This document shows positions 11,770-21,307 of a stretch of DNA of 64,000 nt, piece by piece; the first letter of the stretch is position 1, and each line of letters begins with the position of its first letter. Origin of the DNA: Candidatus Binataceae bacterium (GTDB lineage Bacteria; Desulfobacterota; Binatia; Binatales; Binataceae); assembly GCA_035308025.1 (NCBI GenBank), contig DATGHL010000004.1, forward strand, positions 2,678-66,677. The letters run 5' to 3'. The position numbers were made by a program, and so were the translations under genes. The notes under the pieces were generated by a model. That model was not told the DNA's origin and ran no database searches. It was given only the letters and a program-made list of their open reading frames with translations.

Positions 11770-12717
11770 ATGGCCAAATTTGACTTTCCATTAGCGCACG
11801 GACACCTCACGGACAGAGCAACGGGACCTCCCCTTGTTAACGAAATGCCGGGGGCGACGAACGGCGTCAGCGCGCCCGGCGCGATTGACGCGGGAGTGCT
11901 CGGTTCGATTCTGAGTCGGGTGCAAGCGCAGGCGGCGGCCGATCCTTTCAGTAATCCGATCCTGCTCTTCGCGCTGGATTTGATGCTGCGGATTGACCGC
12001 GGCGAAATCAATCTCGACGGTCTGGAGAGTTTGGTGCAGCGCCTCACCGCCGAGGCTTTTGCTGACCGTGCGAAGCGATTGGCGAGTTACCTCGGTGAAG
12101 AGGCGATCGCTGCGAGCGAGTCGGCGATTGCGGAACTGCTGGAGCGTAAGGCGCGCGCGGGCGGCTTTGAAGAATTTTGTACGGCGCTTGCCGCCACCAT
12201 CTTCGGCGTGGTCTTCACGGCCCATCCGACGTTCGCGATTACGCTGGAATTGGCTCGCAGCTTGGCCGAATTGGCAACCGCGCAGACGGTTAGCGGAGTG
12301 CCACTCGATCAGGCGGGACGGGATGCGCGGATGGAGGCGGCGATGCGCCTCGAGCATCGGCCGCCGGCGGAACTGTCGCTCGAGGTCGAGCACGCATGGG
12401 CGACCGAGGCGCTCAATCATGCGCACGACGCACTCGAGATGATGCATCGGATAGCTTTGCGCGTAGCCCGCGAGCGATGGCCGGAGCAATGGACGCGGCT
12501 CGAACCGCGTCTGGTAACGATGGCGTCGTGGGTCGGCTACGACCAGGACGGCCGCACCGATGTGACGTGGACGCGCACGATCGCGGCACGACTGGCGGAC
12601 AAGCTCGCGATGATCGAACGCCATCGGAGCAAAGTCCAAGGGCTGATGCGCGCGGCCGGCGATGATTTCCTGGCGACCTGGAGCCGCTCGGTGCGATGCT
12701 GTCTTCGGCGAGCGTAA
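11770..12717 (+). CDS. phosphoenolpyruvate carboxylase-like protein, N-terminal part (highly divergent)
   Basis: 'VFTAHPTF' corresponds to the PEPC 'VxTAHPTE' motif (the catalytic His region). Overlaps the next ORF by 22 nt in another frame. Confidence 0.45.
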   Translation: MAKFDFPLAHGHLTDRATGPPLVNEMPGATNGVSAPGAIDAGVLGSILSRVQAQAAADPFSNPILLFALDLMLRIDRGEINLDGLESLVQRLTAEAFADRAKRLASYLGEEAIAASESAIAELLERKARAGGFEEFCTALAATIFGVVFTAHPTFAITLELARSLAELATAQTVSGVPLDQAGRDARMEAAMRLEHRPPAELSLEVEHAWATEALNHAHDALEMMHRIALRVARERWPEQWTRLEPRLVTMASWVGYDQDGRTDVTWTRTIAARLADKLAMIERHRSKVQGLMRAAGDDFLATWSRSVRCCLRRA

Positions 12718-14792
12718 CGGTCACCCGCCAAATCAAATCGCTCGCGGCGGCGGAGCGCGACCCGGCGAAAACTGCGGCGTTCGGCCGCGCGATGGTGCGA
12801 GGGCGGGACACCGGACTCATCCAAACAGCGCCGCTCGTAGCGCTAATCGACAAAACATTAGATGCAGCACCAGATGACGAGCAGCGCGAGACGCTGCTAG
12901 TGCTGCGCGCGAGCCTGAAAACGCATGGCCTCGGCCTGGCGCATATTCATGTGCGGCTCAATTCGTCGCAATTGCATAATGCGGCGCGACGGCAGGTGGG
13001 ACTCGAAACGGAGCCGAGCGACCCGGCGAATCGGCGATCGTACTTTAATACCATCAACGATCTGCTCGAGCGGGTGCGTCCGATCGCGATCAGCTTCAAA
13101 TCGTTGACGGTGGAGCGGGCGTCGGCCAAGCGGTTGATGATGACCGTGGCGCAGATCGTCAAGTTTATCGACGGCGAAACGCCGATCCGGTTTTTGATTG
13201 CGGAAACCGAGACCGGCTTCACGCTGCTGGCGGCGCTCTATTATGCGCGGCTGTTCGGTGTCGAGGATCGCGTCGAACTCTCGCCGCTGTTCGAGACCGA
13301 GGAGGCCTTCGAGCGCGGCGAGCGGGTTATCGAGGAGGCGCTGAAGAGCCCGCACTACCGCGCTTATCTGCATCGGCAGGGCCGGCTCGCGGTGCAATTC
13401 GGGTTTTCCGATTCAGGACGATTTATCGGGCAGATGGCGGCGACATTCCGCATCGAGCGGTTGCGCCTGCGGCTTGCGCAATTGGTCGAACGCCATGGGC
13501 TCCACAAGCTCGAAGTTATCCTGTTCAACACGCACGGCGAATCGATCGGTCGCGGCGGGCATCCGCTGACGCTGGCCGATCGCTTGCGTTACGCGGCGCC
13601 GCCGCAGAGCCGGACCGAGTTCGAGCGGCGCGGGATACGTGTGAAGGAGGAGATAAGTTTCCAGGGCGGGGACGGCTATTTACTGTTCCTGACGCCTGCC
13701 GCAGCGACCGCCAGTATGCGGCAGTTTCTCAGTTTCGCGTTCGACGTGAGCGATGAGACCGGCAACTCAGGAATCTTGACGCAGCTCGGAGACTCGCCTG
13801 CTCGCTCCGCGCGGCAACCGCGCTCCACTGGTGATCCGATTTACGCTGCACCGGACTATACGGCGGAATTTTTTGCGACGGTGCAGCAGGAGTTCACCAG
13901 CCTGGTGGACGATCCGGACTACGCGGCGTTGCTGAGCCTGTTCGGCACGAATCTGCTTTACCCAGCCGGGTCACGGCCGGTGTCGCGTGAAACGGAAGAC
14001 TGGCGCAGGCCGACGACGATCGAGCATCCGGCGCAGTTGCGGGCGATCCCGAACAACGCGATCTTGCAGCAACTCGGTTTCATGGCGGTCACGCTGCACG
14101 GAGTCGGGCGCGCGGTCGCGAAAGACCCGGAACTTTTTCAGGTGATGCGTGAACGGTCAGCGCGCTTCCGGCGGGCGTCGCAGATGGTTTCGGCTGCGCT
14201 TGAGCACTCGGAGATCGACGTTTTGAGCGCCTATGTGAATACGCTGAATCCGGCGATGTGGCTGAATGGAGTGGGACGTACACGGCGTCCGGCGCGCGCC
14301 AAGGCCTTGCGCGAACTAGCGCGGCTGACCGGACGGCTGGATCGGTATGACCGGCTGGCGCGGCTGGTGCGGCGCCTGCAGTCGGATCAGTTGTGGCTGC
14401 TCGAGGCGATCGCGCCGGTCGAGACCACGCAACGGCGACGTCTGCTTCTGCTCCACGGAATCCGCGTGGCGCTGATCCAGCGGATCTGCCTGCTGGCGAC
14501 CGAGATCCCGAATTTCAGTCCGCAGCTCGGGGTGACCCGCGACGACATCCTGGAGCGGATCCTCGAGCTGGACGTGCCGCGCGCGATCGAGCGGCTGCGC
14601 CTGATTTTCCCGCGCGAGGATGGCCGGGCCGATGCAGACGGCGATTTCGGCGAAATCTCACAGTATCAGCCGGAGCCCTCGCTCTCCTACGCCGTCGAGC
14701 ACGACGCCTTGTTCGCTCCGATGTTGCGGCTGTTTGATTTGGCGCGGCGCATCGGAACGGCGATCACTTACGAGATTGGCGCGATCGGTTAG
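12696..14792 (+). CDS. phosphoenolpyruvate carboxylase-like protein, catalytic core (divergent), with an in-frame REP insertion
   Basis: 'VQFGFSDSGRFIGQ' matches the PEPC 'MxGYSDSxKDxG' motif. About 35 aa later 'LFNTHGESIGRGGHP' matches 'FHGRGGSIGRGGxP'. The motif order and spacing are the same as in bacterial PEPC. Confidence 0.5.
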   Translation: MLSSASVTVTRQIKSLAAAERDPAKTAAFGRAMVRGRDTGLIQTAPLVALIDKTLDAAPDDEQRETLLVLRASLKTHGLGLAHIHVRLNSSQLHNAARRQVGLETEPSDPANRRSYFNTINDLLERVRPIAISFKSLTVERASAKRLMMTVAQIVKFIDGETPIRFLIAETETGFTLLAALYYARLFGVEDRVELSPLFETEEAFERGERVIEEALKSPHYRAYLHRQGRLAVQFGFSDSGRFIGQMAATFRIERLRLRLAQLVERHGLHKLEVILFNTHGESIGRGGHPLTLADRLRYAAPPQSRTEFERRGIRVKEEISFQGGDGYLLFLTPAAATASMRQFLSFAFDVSDETGNSGILTQLGDSPARSARQPRSTGDPIYAAPDYTAEFFATVQQEFTSLVDDPDYAALLSLFGTNLLYPAGSRPVSRETEDWRRPTTIEHPAQLRAIPNNAILQQLGFMAVTLHGVGRAVAKDPELFQVMRERSARFRRASQMVSAALEHSEIDVLSAYVNTLNPAMWLNGVGRTRRPARAKALRELARLTGRLDRYDRLARLVRRLQSDQLWLLEAIAPVETTQRRRLLLLHGIRVALIQRICLLATEIPNFSPQLGVTRDDILERILELDVPRAIERLRLIFPREDGRADADGDFGEISQYQPEPSLSYAVEHDALFAPMLRLFDLARRIGTAITYEIGAIG
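13772..13834 (+). repeat. dispersed REP/MITE-like repeat, copy C, in-frame inside a coding sequence
   Basis: 'aatcttgacgcagctcggagactcgcctgctcgctccgcgcggcaaccgcgctccactggtga' translates to '...ILTQLGDSPARSARQPRSTG...' within the ORF. Confidence 0.6.
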
Positions 14793-14797
14793 CCGAG

Positions 14798-16003
14798 TCA
14801 GAAGGCGACGTCGAGATCGGCGCGCGCCCAATCCGCGCGCCAACTATGTTTCACGCGCGCGAGCGCGAACGCGGCGCCCACCACGACCAGGGCAAACGCC
14901 AACAGGCCGGCCGCGTAGCTGCCTTCCAGACTCTTAAGTGAGCCGAGCAGGGTCGGCAGGAAGAAACCGCCGAGCCCGCCCGCCGCGCCGACGACGCCCG
15001 TAGCGACTCCGATCTCCTTGCCGAAGCGTTGAGGTACGAGCTGAAAGACCGACCCATTACCGGTGCCAAGGCAGGCCATCGTCAGGAAAAGCAGAGTGAT
15101 CGCGATCGGCAACGTCGGCAGCGAGGAAAGTGCGCATAACAGAAATGCGATCATCACGTAGAGAAACGAGAGCACGCGAATTCCGCCGACGCGATCGGCC
15201 ATCCAGCCGCCCAACGGCCGCAGCAGGCTGCCGGCGAAAACACACAGCGCGGCAAAGGTGCCGGCCTGGACGCGGGTTACGCCGTACTGATCGAAGAAGA
15301 ATATCGGCAGGAAGCTCGCGAGACCGACGAAGCCGCCGAACGTCACCATGTAAAAGCCGTTGAACCACCAGGTGTCGGGTTCCTTCAGCAGGTCGAGATA
15401 ATTTTTCAGCGATTTGGCCGCAGGTCGATCTGGCGCTTCTTTGGCGACGAGCCAGAAGACCAGCAGAATGAATGCAATCGGGATCGCGGCGAGCCCAAAG
15501 ACCGCCCGCCAGCCGTAATGCTCGGCGAGGTGGGGTGCGAAGAAGGCGCCGAAGACCGTGCCGGAGTTGCCCGCTCCTGCGATCCCGAGGGCCAGCCCCT
15601 GGAAATGCGGCGGATACCATCGGCTGGCTAGCGGCAGCGCGACGGCAAAGCTTGCGCCGGCGACGCCCAGCAGCAACCCGATCCCGACCAGGTCCGTCGT
15701 CGAAGAAGAGTGCAGCCATCCCCACAGCAGCGGCACCAGCGTGAGGCTCAGTCCGGCGAGGCCGGTCTTGCGCGGACCGAAGTGATCGGTGGCAATGCCC
15801 AGGATGATGCGCAGGATCGCGCCGCCCAGCAACGGAATCGCGACGAGCAGACCTTTTTGCGCGGGACTCAGATGAAACGCCTGCGCAATGAAAACGCCGA
15901 GCGCGCCCATCAACGTCCAGGCCATGAAGCTGGTGTCGAAATAGAGAAACGAACAGACGAGTGTCGGCCAGTGCCCGGCACGCTTAAATTCTCCCAGTCC
16001 CAT
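14798..16003 (-). CDS. MFS nitrate/nitrite transporter (NNP family, NarK/NasA-like)
   Basis: 12-TM MFS protein with an NNP-like signature 'GLALGIAGAGNSGTVFG'. Immediately downstream of nirBD-nasA. Confidence 0.65.
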   Translation of the reverse strand: MGLGEFKRAGHWPTLVCSFLYFDTSFMAWTLMGALGVFIAQAFHLSPAQKGLLVAIPLLGGAILRIILGIATDHFGPRKTGLAGLSLTLVPLLWGWLHSSSTTDLVGIGLLLGVAGASFAVALPLASRWYPPHFQGLALGIAGAGNSGTVFGAFFAPHLAEHYGWRAVFGLAAIPIAFILLVFWLVAKEAPDRPAAKSLKNYLDLLKEPDTWWFNGFYMVTFGGFVGLASFLPIFFFDQYGVTRVQAGTFAALCVFAGSLLRPLGGWMADRVGGIRVLSFLYVMIAFLLCALSSLPTLPIAITLLFLTMACLGTGNGSVFQLVPQRFGKEIGVATGVVGAAGGLGGFFLPTLLGSLKSLEGSYAAGLLAFALVVVGAAFALARVKHSWRADWARADLDVAF

Positions 16004-16024
16004 CGAAGCTCCCTTGTCCGCCGG

Positions 16025-16342
16025 CTATGCGACGTCGACGAAGATGCGGCCGTCGCGCAGCTCGACCGGATAGGTGCGCACATGCAGTTCGGTGTCGAGG
16101 CCGCGGCCATCCCTCAGCGCAAACTTGTAGGAATGAAACGGACAGATGACCGCCTCGAGTTGCGAGGCATGATCAAGTCCGACGATGCCCTCGCTCAGAG
16201 GTCCGGCGCGATGAGGGCAAAGGTTATCGAGCGCGAACATACGCCCGTCGCGCAGGCGAAAGACCGCGATTTGCCGATCGCCCGCGATCACGCAACGGCC
16301 TTGTCCCGGCGTAATATGATCGAGCGGGCCAACCTCGATCAT
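16025..16342 (-). CDS. nirD: nitrite reductase [NAD(P)H] small subunit NirD (Rieske-like)
   Basis: C-terminal 105 aa of ORF 16025..16648: 'MIEVGPLDHITPGQGRCVIAGDRQIAVFRL...CPHRAGPLSEG...CPFHSYKF'. Start inferred at the internal Met. Confidence 0.7.
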   Translation of the reverse strand: MIEVGPLDHITPGQGRCVIAGDRQIAVFRLRDGRMFALDNLCPHRAGPLSEGIVGLDHASQLEAVICPFHSYKFALRDGRGLDTELHVRTYPVELRDGRIFVDVA

Positions 16343-16412
16343 GCGCGCTGGAATTTCTTCGATAGTTTGCAAATCCACTCCTGGTTGATTCCTTTTTTCT
16401 GGCGCGCACACC

Positions 16413-18911
16413 TTACGAGGCGGCCGGTGCGATCGCTGGAGTCGCAATCGGTAGCGCATCGCCGAATTGATTCGGTTCGGCGGGCCTCGCGCCCTCCTGC
16501 CACGGGTCGCGGTAGGCGGCGACGGTCGCCGCCATTTCACGATCGAGCCGATCGCTGTCGCCTTCGCAGTCGTCGACCAGAATGGCGCGCAGGCGCTCAA
16601 TCCCGAGGCGCTCGAGAAAGGTGTAGGTGCGTTCCGCGTAGCGCGCATTTTCGCGGTAGTACTGCATGAAGCGGCCCATCAGGTTGAGAACTTCCTCATG
16701 CGTCGTCACGGTGGCGAGCAGCTCGCCGGCGCGGACATGCGCACCGGCGGCGCCGCCGACGTAAATCTGCCAGCCATTCTCGACCGCCACGACGCCGAGG
16801 TCCTTGACCGTGGCCTCGGCGCAGTTGCGAGGACATCCGCTGGCGCCGAGCTTCATCTTTCCGGGACTCTCGATCCCTTGAAAGCGCTTCTCGATCGCGA
16901 TCCCAAGCGCGGTCGAATCGCCAACGGCGTAGCGGCAAAAGTCCGTCCCGACGCAGGTTTTGCAGGTGCGGAAGGCCTTGGTATAGGCATGGCCGCTGGG
17001 CATCCCGAGGTCGCGCCAAACGTCGGGCAGGTCACTCTTTTTGAGGCCGAGCAGATCGATGCGCTGGCCGCCGGTGATCTTGACCATCCGCGCCTGGTAT
17101 TTGTCGGCGACGTCGGCGATGCGCCTGAGCTCGTCAGGTGAAGTCACGCCGCCGTAGATGCGCGGCACGACCGAGAAAGTCCCGTCGTTCTGGATATTGG
17201 CGTGAACGCGATCATTGACGAAGCGGGCGTCGCGTTCATCGTCGTACGCTTCGCGCCAGATGGTGCGCAGCAGCGAAGCCAGACCGGGTTTGCTGGCGGG
17301 GTCGTCGCGCCCGTCGGCCAGGGCGTCGAAGACCGCGGAGACCGAGCGCAGATTTTGCGCATGAATCGCGCTGACCAGATCGGGCTTCGATAGCGCGACG
17401 CCGGGCACGTAGTAATGCGCCGCCGGGTCCTCCTCAACTTGCCCCATGCAGGCCCATTCGACGAGTTCCTTGACCAGCGACTTGCACGAACCGCAGCCGG
17501 TGCCGGCGCGCGTCGCACCCATCACACTCTTGACGCTGCGATTGCCGTTGGCGACGCACTGGACGATCGCGCCCTTCTTGACGCCGTTGCAATTGCAGAT
17601 CTGCACATCGGCCGGCATCTCCTCGAAAGTAACTTTGGCGCTGGGCGCGCCGGTATCGAAGAGCAGCGACAAACGATCCTCCTGCAGCTTGATGCCGCGG
17701 TCGAAGGCCTGGAGGAGATAGGCGGCCTTGCTGATTTCGCCCATCAGGATGCCGCCTGCCAGGCGGCCGTCACGGATGATCAGTTTTTTGTAAACGCCGC
17801 GCTGGGGCTCCATGAATTGCACGACATCTTCATTTTCGCCGTCGCCCGCGATCACGCCCATCGAGGCGAGTTCGACGCCCATCACCTTGAGCTTGGTGGC
17901 GAGCTTCGAGCCCTCGTATGCAGCCGCGGGATTCGCGCCGGTGATGTGCTCCGCGAGCACTTTGGCCTGATCCCACAACGGAGCGACGAGGCCATAGACG
18001 CGACCGCGATGCTGCGCACATTCGCCGACCGCGAAGATGTCGGGGTCGGAAGTGCGCAGTTGATCGTCAACCACGATTCCGCGTTCGGTCGTCAGACCCC
18101 AGCGCGCGCCGATCTCGGTGTTGGGAGTGATTCCGGTCGCGATTACGACCATGTCGCACTCGAGCGTCTGACCGTCTTCGAAGGCGAGTCCGATTACTTC
18201 ATTATCGCCCAGCAGGCTCTTCGTGAGTTTCTTGAGATGAACCTGAATACCCATCTTCTCGATCGTATTTTTCAGGATCACCCCGGCTTGCGGATCGAGT
18301 TGCTGCTCCATCAGATGGTTCAGCAGATGGATGACGTTGACTTCGACGCCATGATTGAGCAGGCCGCGCGCAGCTTCGAGACCGAGTAGGCCGCCGCCGA
18401 TAACGGCCGCACGGCGGCTCTTGCCGGCGTATTCAGCGATCTTGCGGCAATCGTCGAGGGTGCGGAAAACGAAAACTCCGGGCCGGAGCTCGCCGTTGGG
18501 TTTTTTCAGCGCGGCAATTGGCGGAATCGACGGGCGGCTGCCGGTTGCGATGATTAGTTTGTCGTACGGATACCAGTTGCCATCGTCGCAATGCACTGCC
18601 TTGTGCGGCCGCGCGATGACGTCGACGCGCACGCCGGCGCGCAGATTGACGTCGTTGTCCTTATACCAATCGAGTCCGTTGAGGAATATTTCCGACACAT
18701 CCTGCGAGCCGTTGAGCACGCTCGAAAGCAGGATACGGTTGTAATTGCCGTACGGCTCGTCGCCGAAAACGGTCACCTCGAACTGCGCGCCGCCCCCGCA
18801 GGCCAGAATCTCCTCGACCGTGCGCGCACCGGCCATCCCGTTGCCGATAACGACGAGCTTCTTTTTTGCCGCTTCAACTGCCGCAGTCTCCAACATCAAA
18901 TTCTCCCTCAA
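16413..18911 (-). CDS. nirB: assimilatory nitrite reductase [NAD(P)H] large subunit NirB
   Basis: 832 aa with an FAD/NAD Rossmann N-terminus 'KKKLVVIGNGMAGARTVEEIL', a BFD-like [2Fe-2S] region and a sirohaem/4Fe-4S nitrite/sulfite reductase domain at the C-terminus. Confidence 0.85.
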   Translation of the reverse strand: MRENLMLETAAVEAAKKKLVVIGNGMAGARTVEEILACGGGAQFEVTVFGDEPYGNYNRILLSSVLNGSQDVSEIFLNGLDWYKDNDVNLRAGVRVDVIARPHKAVHCDDGNWYPYDKLIIATGSRPSIPPIAALKKPNGELRPGVFVFRTLDDCRKIAEYAGKSRRAAVIGGGLLGLEAARGLLNHGVEVNVIHLLNHLMEQQLDPQAGVILKNTIEKMGIQVHLKKLTKSLLGDNEVIGLAFEDGQTLECDMVVIATGITPNTEIGARWGLTTERGIVVDDQLRTSDPDIFAVGECAQHRGRVYGLVAPLWDQAKVLAEHITGANPAAAYEGSKLATKLKVMGVELASMGVIAGDGENEDVVQFMEPQRGVYKKLIIRDGRLAGGILMGEISKAAYLLQAFDRGIKLQEDRLSLLFDTGAPSAKVTFEEMPADVQICNCNGVKKGAIVQCVANGNRSVKSVMGATRAGTGCGSCKSLVKELVEWACMGQVEEDPAAHYYVPGVALSKPDLVSAIHAQNLRSVSAVFDALADGRDDPASKPGLASLLRTIWREAYDDERDARFVNDRVHANIQNDGTFSVVPRIYGGVTSPDELRRIADVADKYQARMVKITGGQRIDLLGLKKSDLPDVWRDLGMPSGHAYTKAFRTCKTCVGTDFCRYAVGDSTALGIAIEKRFQGIESPGKMKLGASGCPRNCAEATVKDLGVVAVENGWQIYVGGAAGAHVRAGELLATVTTHEEVLNLMGRFMQYYRENARYAERTYTFLERLGIERLRAILVDDCEGDSDRLDREMAATVAAYRDPWQEGARPAEPNQFGDALPIATPAIAPAAS

Positions 18912-21067
18912 TTGCGAGCGGCCAACGGCTCAGGCGCCACTGCCGGGTTGTAGTCAACTAGCTTGTCGATGCGCGCCGCACAGACCTTGAATTCAGGCAT
19001 CTTCGAGACCGGATCGAGCGCGGGATTGGTCAGCAGATTGACCCGTCCGGCGCCGCCCCAATGAAACGGCGAGAAGAGCGTGTCCATCCGAATCGCGGCG
19101 CTCAGACGCGCTTTCATCACTGCGTTGCCGCGCCGCGTCGTGAGACGCACCGTGTCGTTTGCGACGATTCCGAAACTGCGCGCCGCCGCAGGATGAATTT
19201 CGACAAATGGCTCCGGCTCAGAAATGCGCAACGCCTTGACCCGCCGGGTCTGACTACCGGACTGGTAGTGCGCCATCACCCGTCCGGTGGTGAGATACAT
19301 CGGATATTCGGAATCTGGCACTTCAGCCGGCGGCCGATACTCGACCGGATGAAACCGCGCGCGTCCGTCGGGTGTGGCGAAGCGCTCAAGAAACATTCGC
19401 CGCGTGCCCGGCTGGCGGTCATCGGGACACGGCCAGAACACACCGTCCTCGCCGGAAATCCTTTCGTAACTGATGCCGGAATAATCCGCGGCGCCGCCCG
19501 CGCTCGCGCGACGCAACTCGTCGAAGACCGCGCGTGACTGGCGCGGAAAGCCGTCGCGGCATCCAAGGCGCTCGGCCAACGCGCTGATTATTTCGAGATC
19601 GGTACGAACTCCCGCCGGCGCTTCGACGGCCTGCCGCCGTAGCAATACGCGCCCCTCGAGGTTGGTCATCGTGCCCTCTTCTTCGGCCCATTGCGTCGTC
19701 GGCAGCACGACATCGGCTAGGCGGGCGGTTTCCGACAGGAAGAAGTCCGCGACTAGCAGAAAATCGAGCGCGGCCAGCCGCTGTTCGACATGTCCGGCGT
19801 GCGGCGCTGAAACGACGACGTTTGAGCCCATCACGATCAGCGCGCGGACGCCGCCCGGGCAGCCGAGGGTGTCGAGGATTTCGTAAGCGGAACGGCCCGG
19901 CCCCGGAATCGTCGCCGCATCGACACCCCAGACACCCGCCACGTACGCGCGATCGGCCGGGTCGTCGATTCGTCGATAGCCGGGAAGCTGATCGGACTTC
20001 TGGCCGTGCTCGCGTCCGCCCTGGCCGTTGCCCTGGCCGGTCAGACAGCCATAACCACAATGCGGTTTGCCGGCTTTGCCGAGCGCCAGCGCAAGGTTGA
20101 TGAAGGCCAGCACATTGTTAACCGAGTTACTCTGCTGCTCCGGGCCGCGTGCGGTCAGAATCATCGCGGTCGAGGCGTGTCCGATCATGCGGGCCGCTTC
20201 GTAGAGTTGCGCGACCGGCACTCCGCTGATGCGCTCGACGCGCTCCGGCCAGTACGACGCGACGACTCTGCGCACCGCCTCATAGCCACTGGTTCGTTGC
20301 GCCACGAAGTTCTGATCGATCATTCCCCCGGCGATCGCGATATGGAGCAAGCCGTTGGCGACCGCGGCGTCGCTGCCGGGCGTAAGTTGCAGATGCAACG
20401 TGGCCGTGCGGGCAGTCGCGGTGGCACGCGGATCGATCACGATCAGCCGTCCCCCGCGCCGGCGTTGCTCATCGAAATACTGCATCACCGGCGGCATCGT
20501 CTCGGCGACATTGCCGCCCGCCAGCACGATTACTTCCGCGCCGGGAATATCTTCGAGCGGAAATGGCAGCCCGCGATCGATGCCGTAGGCCTGCTGTCCT
20601 GCCTTCGCGGCTGAGGACATGCAGAAGCGCCCGTTGTAATCGATGTTGCTGGTGCGCAGGGCGACGCGCGCGAATTTGCCGAGCAGGTAGGCTTTCTCGT
20701 TCGTCAGCGCGCCGCCGCCAAAGACACCGACAGCGTCACGGCCGTAACGTTGCTGCACGCCGCGAATTTGCGCGATGACGCGGTCCAGCGCTTCTTCCCA
20801 CGACGCTTCCCGCAGGAGACCGCCCCTGGTGTCGCGCAGCAGGGGCGTCGTCAGGCGTTCGCGATTCGTGAGCAGTTCCGCGGCGGTCCAGCCCTTCTGG
20901 CACAGACCGCCTTTGTTGGTCGGAAATTCGCGCGGAGCGACGGTCACGCCGCCATTCTCGGCGATCAGATTCATCCCGCACTGCAGCGCGCAATAGGGAC
21001 AGTGCGTCGCGGTTATGCTCGCCGCAACTTTCTGTTTCCTGCTATCGCGAACGCTAATCGCTTCCAT
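18908..21067 (-). CDS. nasA: assimilatory nitrate reductase catalytic subunit (molybdopterin oxidoreductase, NasA/NasC-like)
   Basis: N-terminal 4Fe-4S motif 'CPYCALQCGMNL...GGLCQKG', molybdopterin-binding domains and a C-terminal MopB barrel. ORF 18908..21409 trimmed to the Met (MEAISV, rc ATG at 21065-21067) before the Cys cluster. Confidence 0.8.
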   Translation of the reverse strand: MEAISVRDSRKQKVAASITATHCPYCALQCGMNLIAENGGVTVAPREFPTNKGGLCQKGWTAAELLTNRERLTTPLLRDTRGGLLREASWEEALDRVIAQIRGVQQRYGRDAVGVFGGGALTNEKAYLLGKFARVALRTSNIDYNGRFCMSSAAKAGQQAYGIDRGLPFPLEDIPGAEVIVLAGGNVAETMPPVMQYFDEQRRRGGRLIVIDPRATATARTATLHLQLTPGSDAAVANGLLHIAIAGGMIDQNFVAQRTSGYEAVRRVVASYWPERVERISGVPVAQLYEAARMIGHASTAMILTARGPEQQSNSVNNVLAFINLALALGKAGKPHCGYGCLTGQGNGQGGREHGQKSDQLPGYRRIDDPADRAYVAGVWGVDAATIPGPGRSAYEILDTLGCPGGVRALIVMGSNVVVSAPHAGHVEQRLAALDFLLVADFFLSETARLADVVLPTTQWAEEEGTMTNLEGRVLLRRQAVEAPAGVRTDLEIISALAERLGCRDGFPRQSRAVFDELRRASAGGAADYSGISYERISGEDGVFWPCPDDRQPGTRRMFLERFATPDGRARFHPVEYRPPAEVPDSEYPMYLTTGRVMAHYQSGSQTRRVKALRISEPEPFVEIHPAAARSFGIVANDTVRLTTRRGNAVMKARLSAAIRMDTLFSPFHWGGAGRVNLLTNPALDPVSKMPEFKVCAARIDKLVDYNPAVAPEPLAARN

Positions 21068-21307
21068 CGCTCTTCCGAATTGAACTGGCCGCCGACTTGC
21101 AATGATGTAAGCGCAAGCTTGATGCCGTCGCCGGCGTGACCGCGAAAGCAGCACCAGACCGGCGCGGGAGGCGCGAAGGATCGAGCACGGACGAGAGGTA
21201 CGGAGGCTGAGACTCAAGCGGGTGCCGCATTGACGGGCAGACGCCGCCTCAAAAGTCAGCAGCGAAAATTCCTTGATGGCCATCGGCCGGCGTAATCGAG
21301 AGGATTC

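Noticed and set aside
15057-16669. several overlapping 200-320 aa ORFs over the MFS transporter / nirD region
   Set aside because: Alternative frames of GC-rich coding DNA. The minus-strand MFS and NirD frames carry the only recognisable motifs.
16467-18389. plus-strand ORFs (16467..17141, 17415..18389) inside nirB
   Set aside because: Antisense to a well-supported nirB. Compositionally biased.
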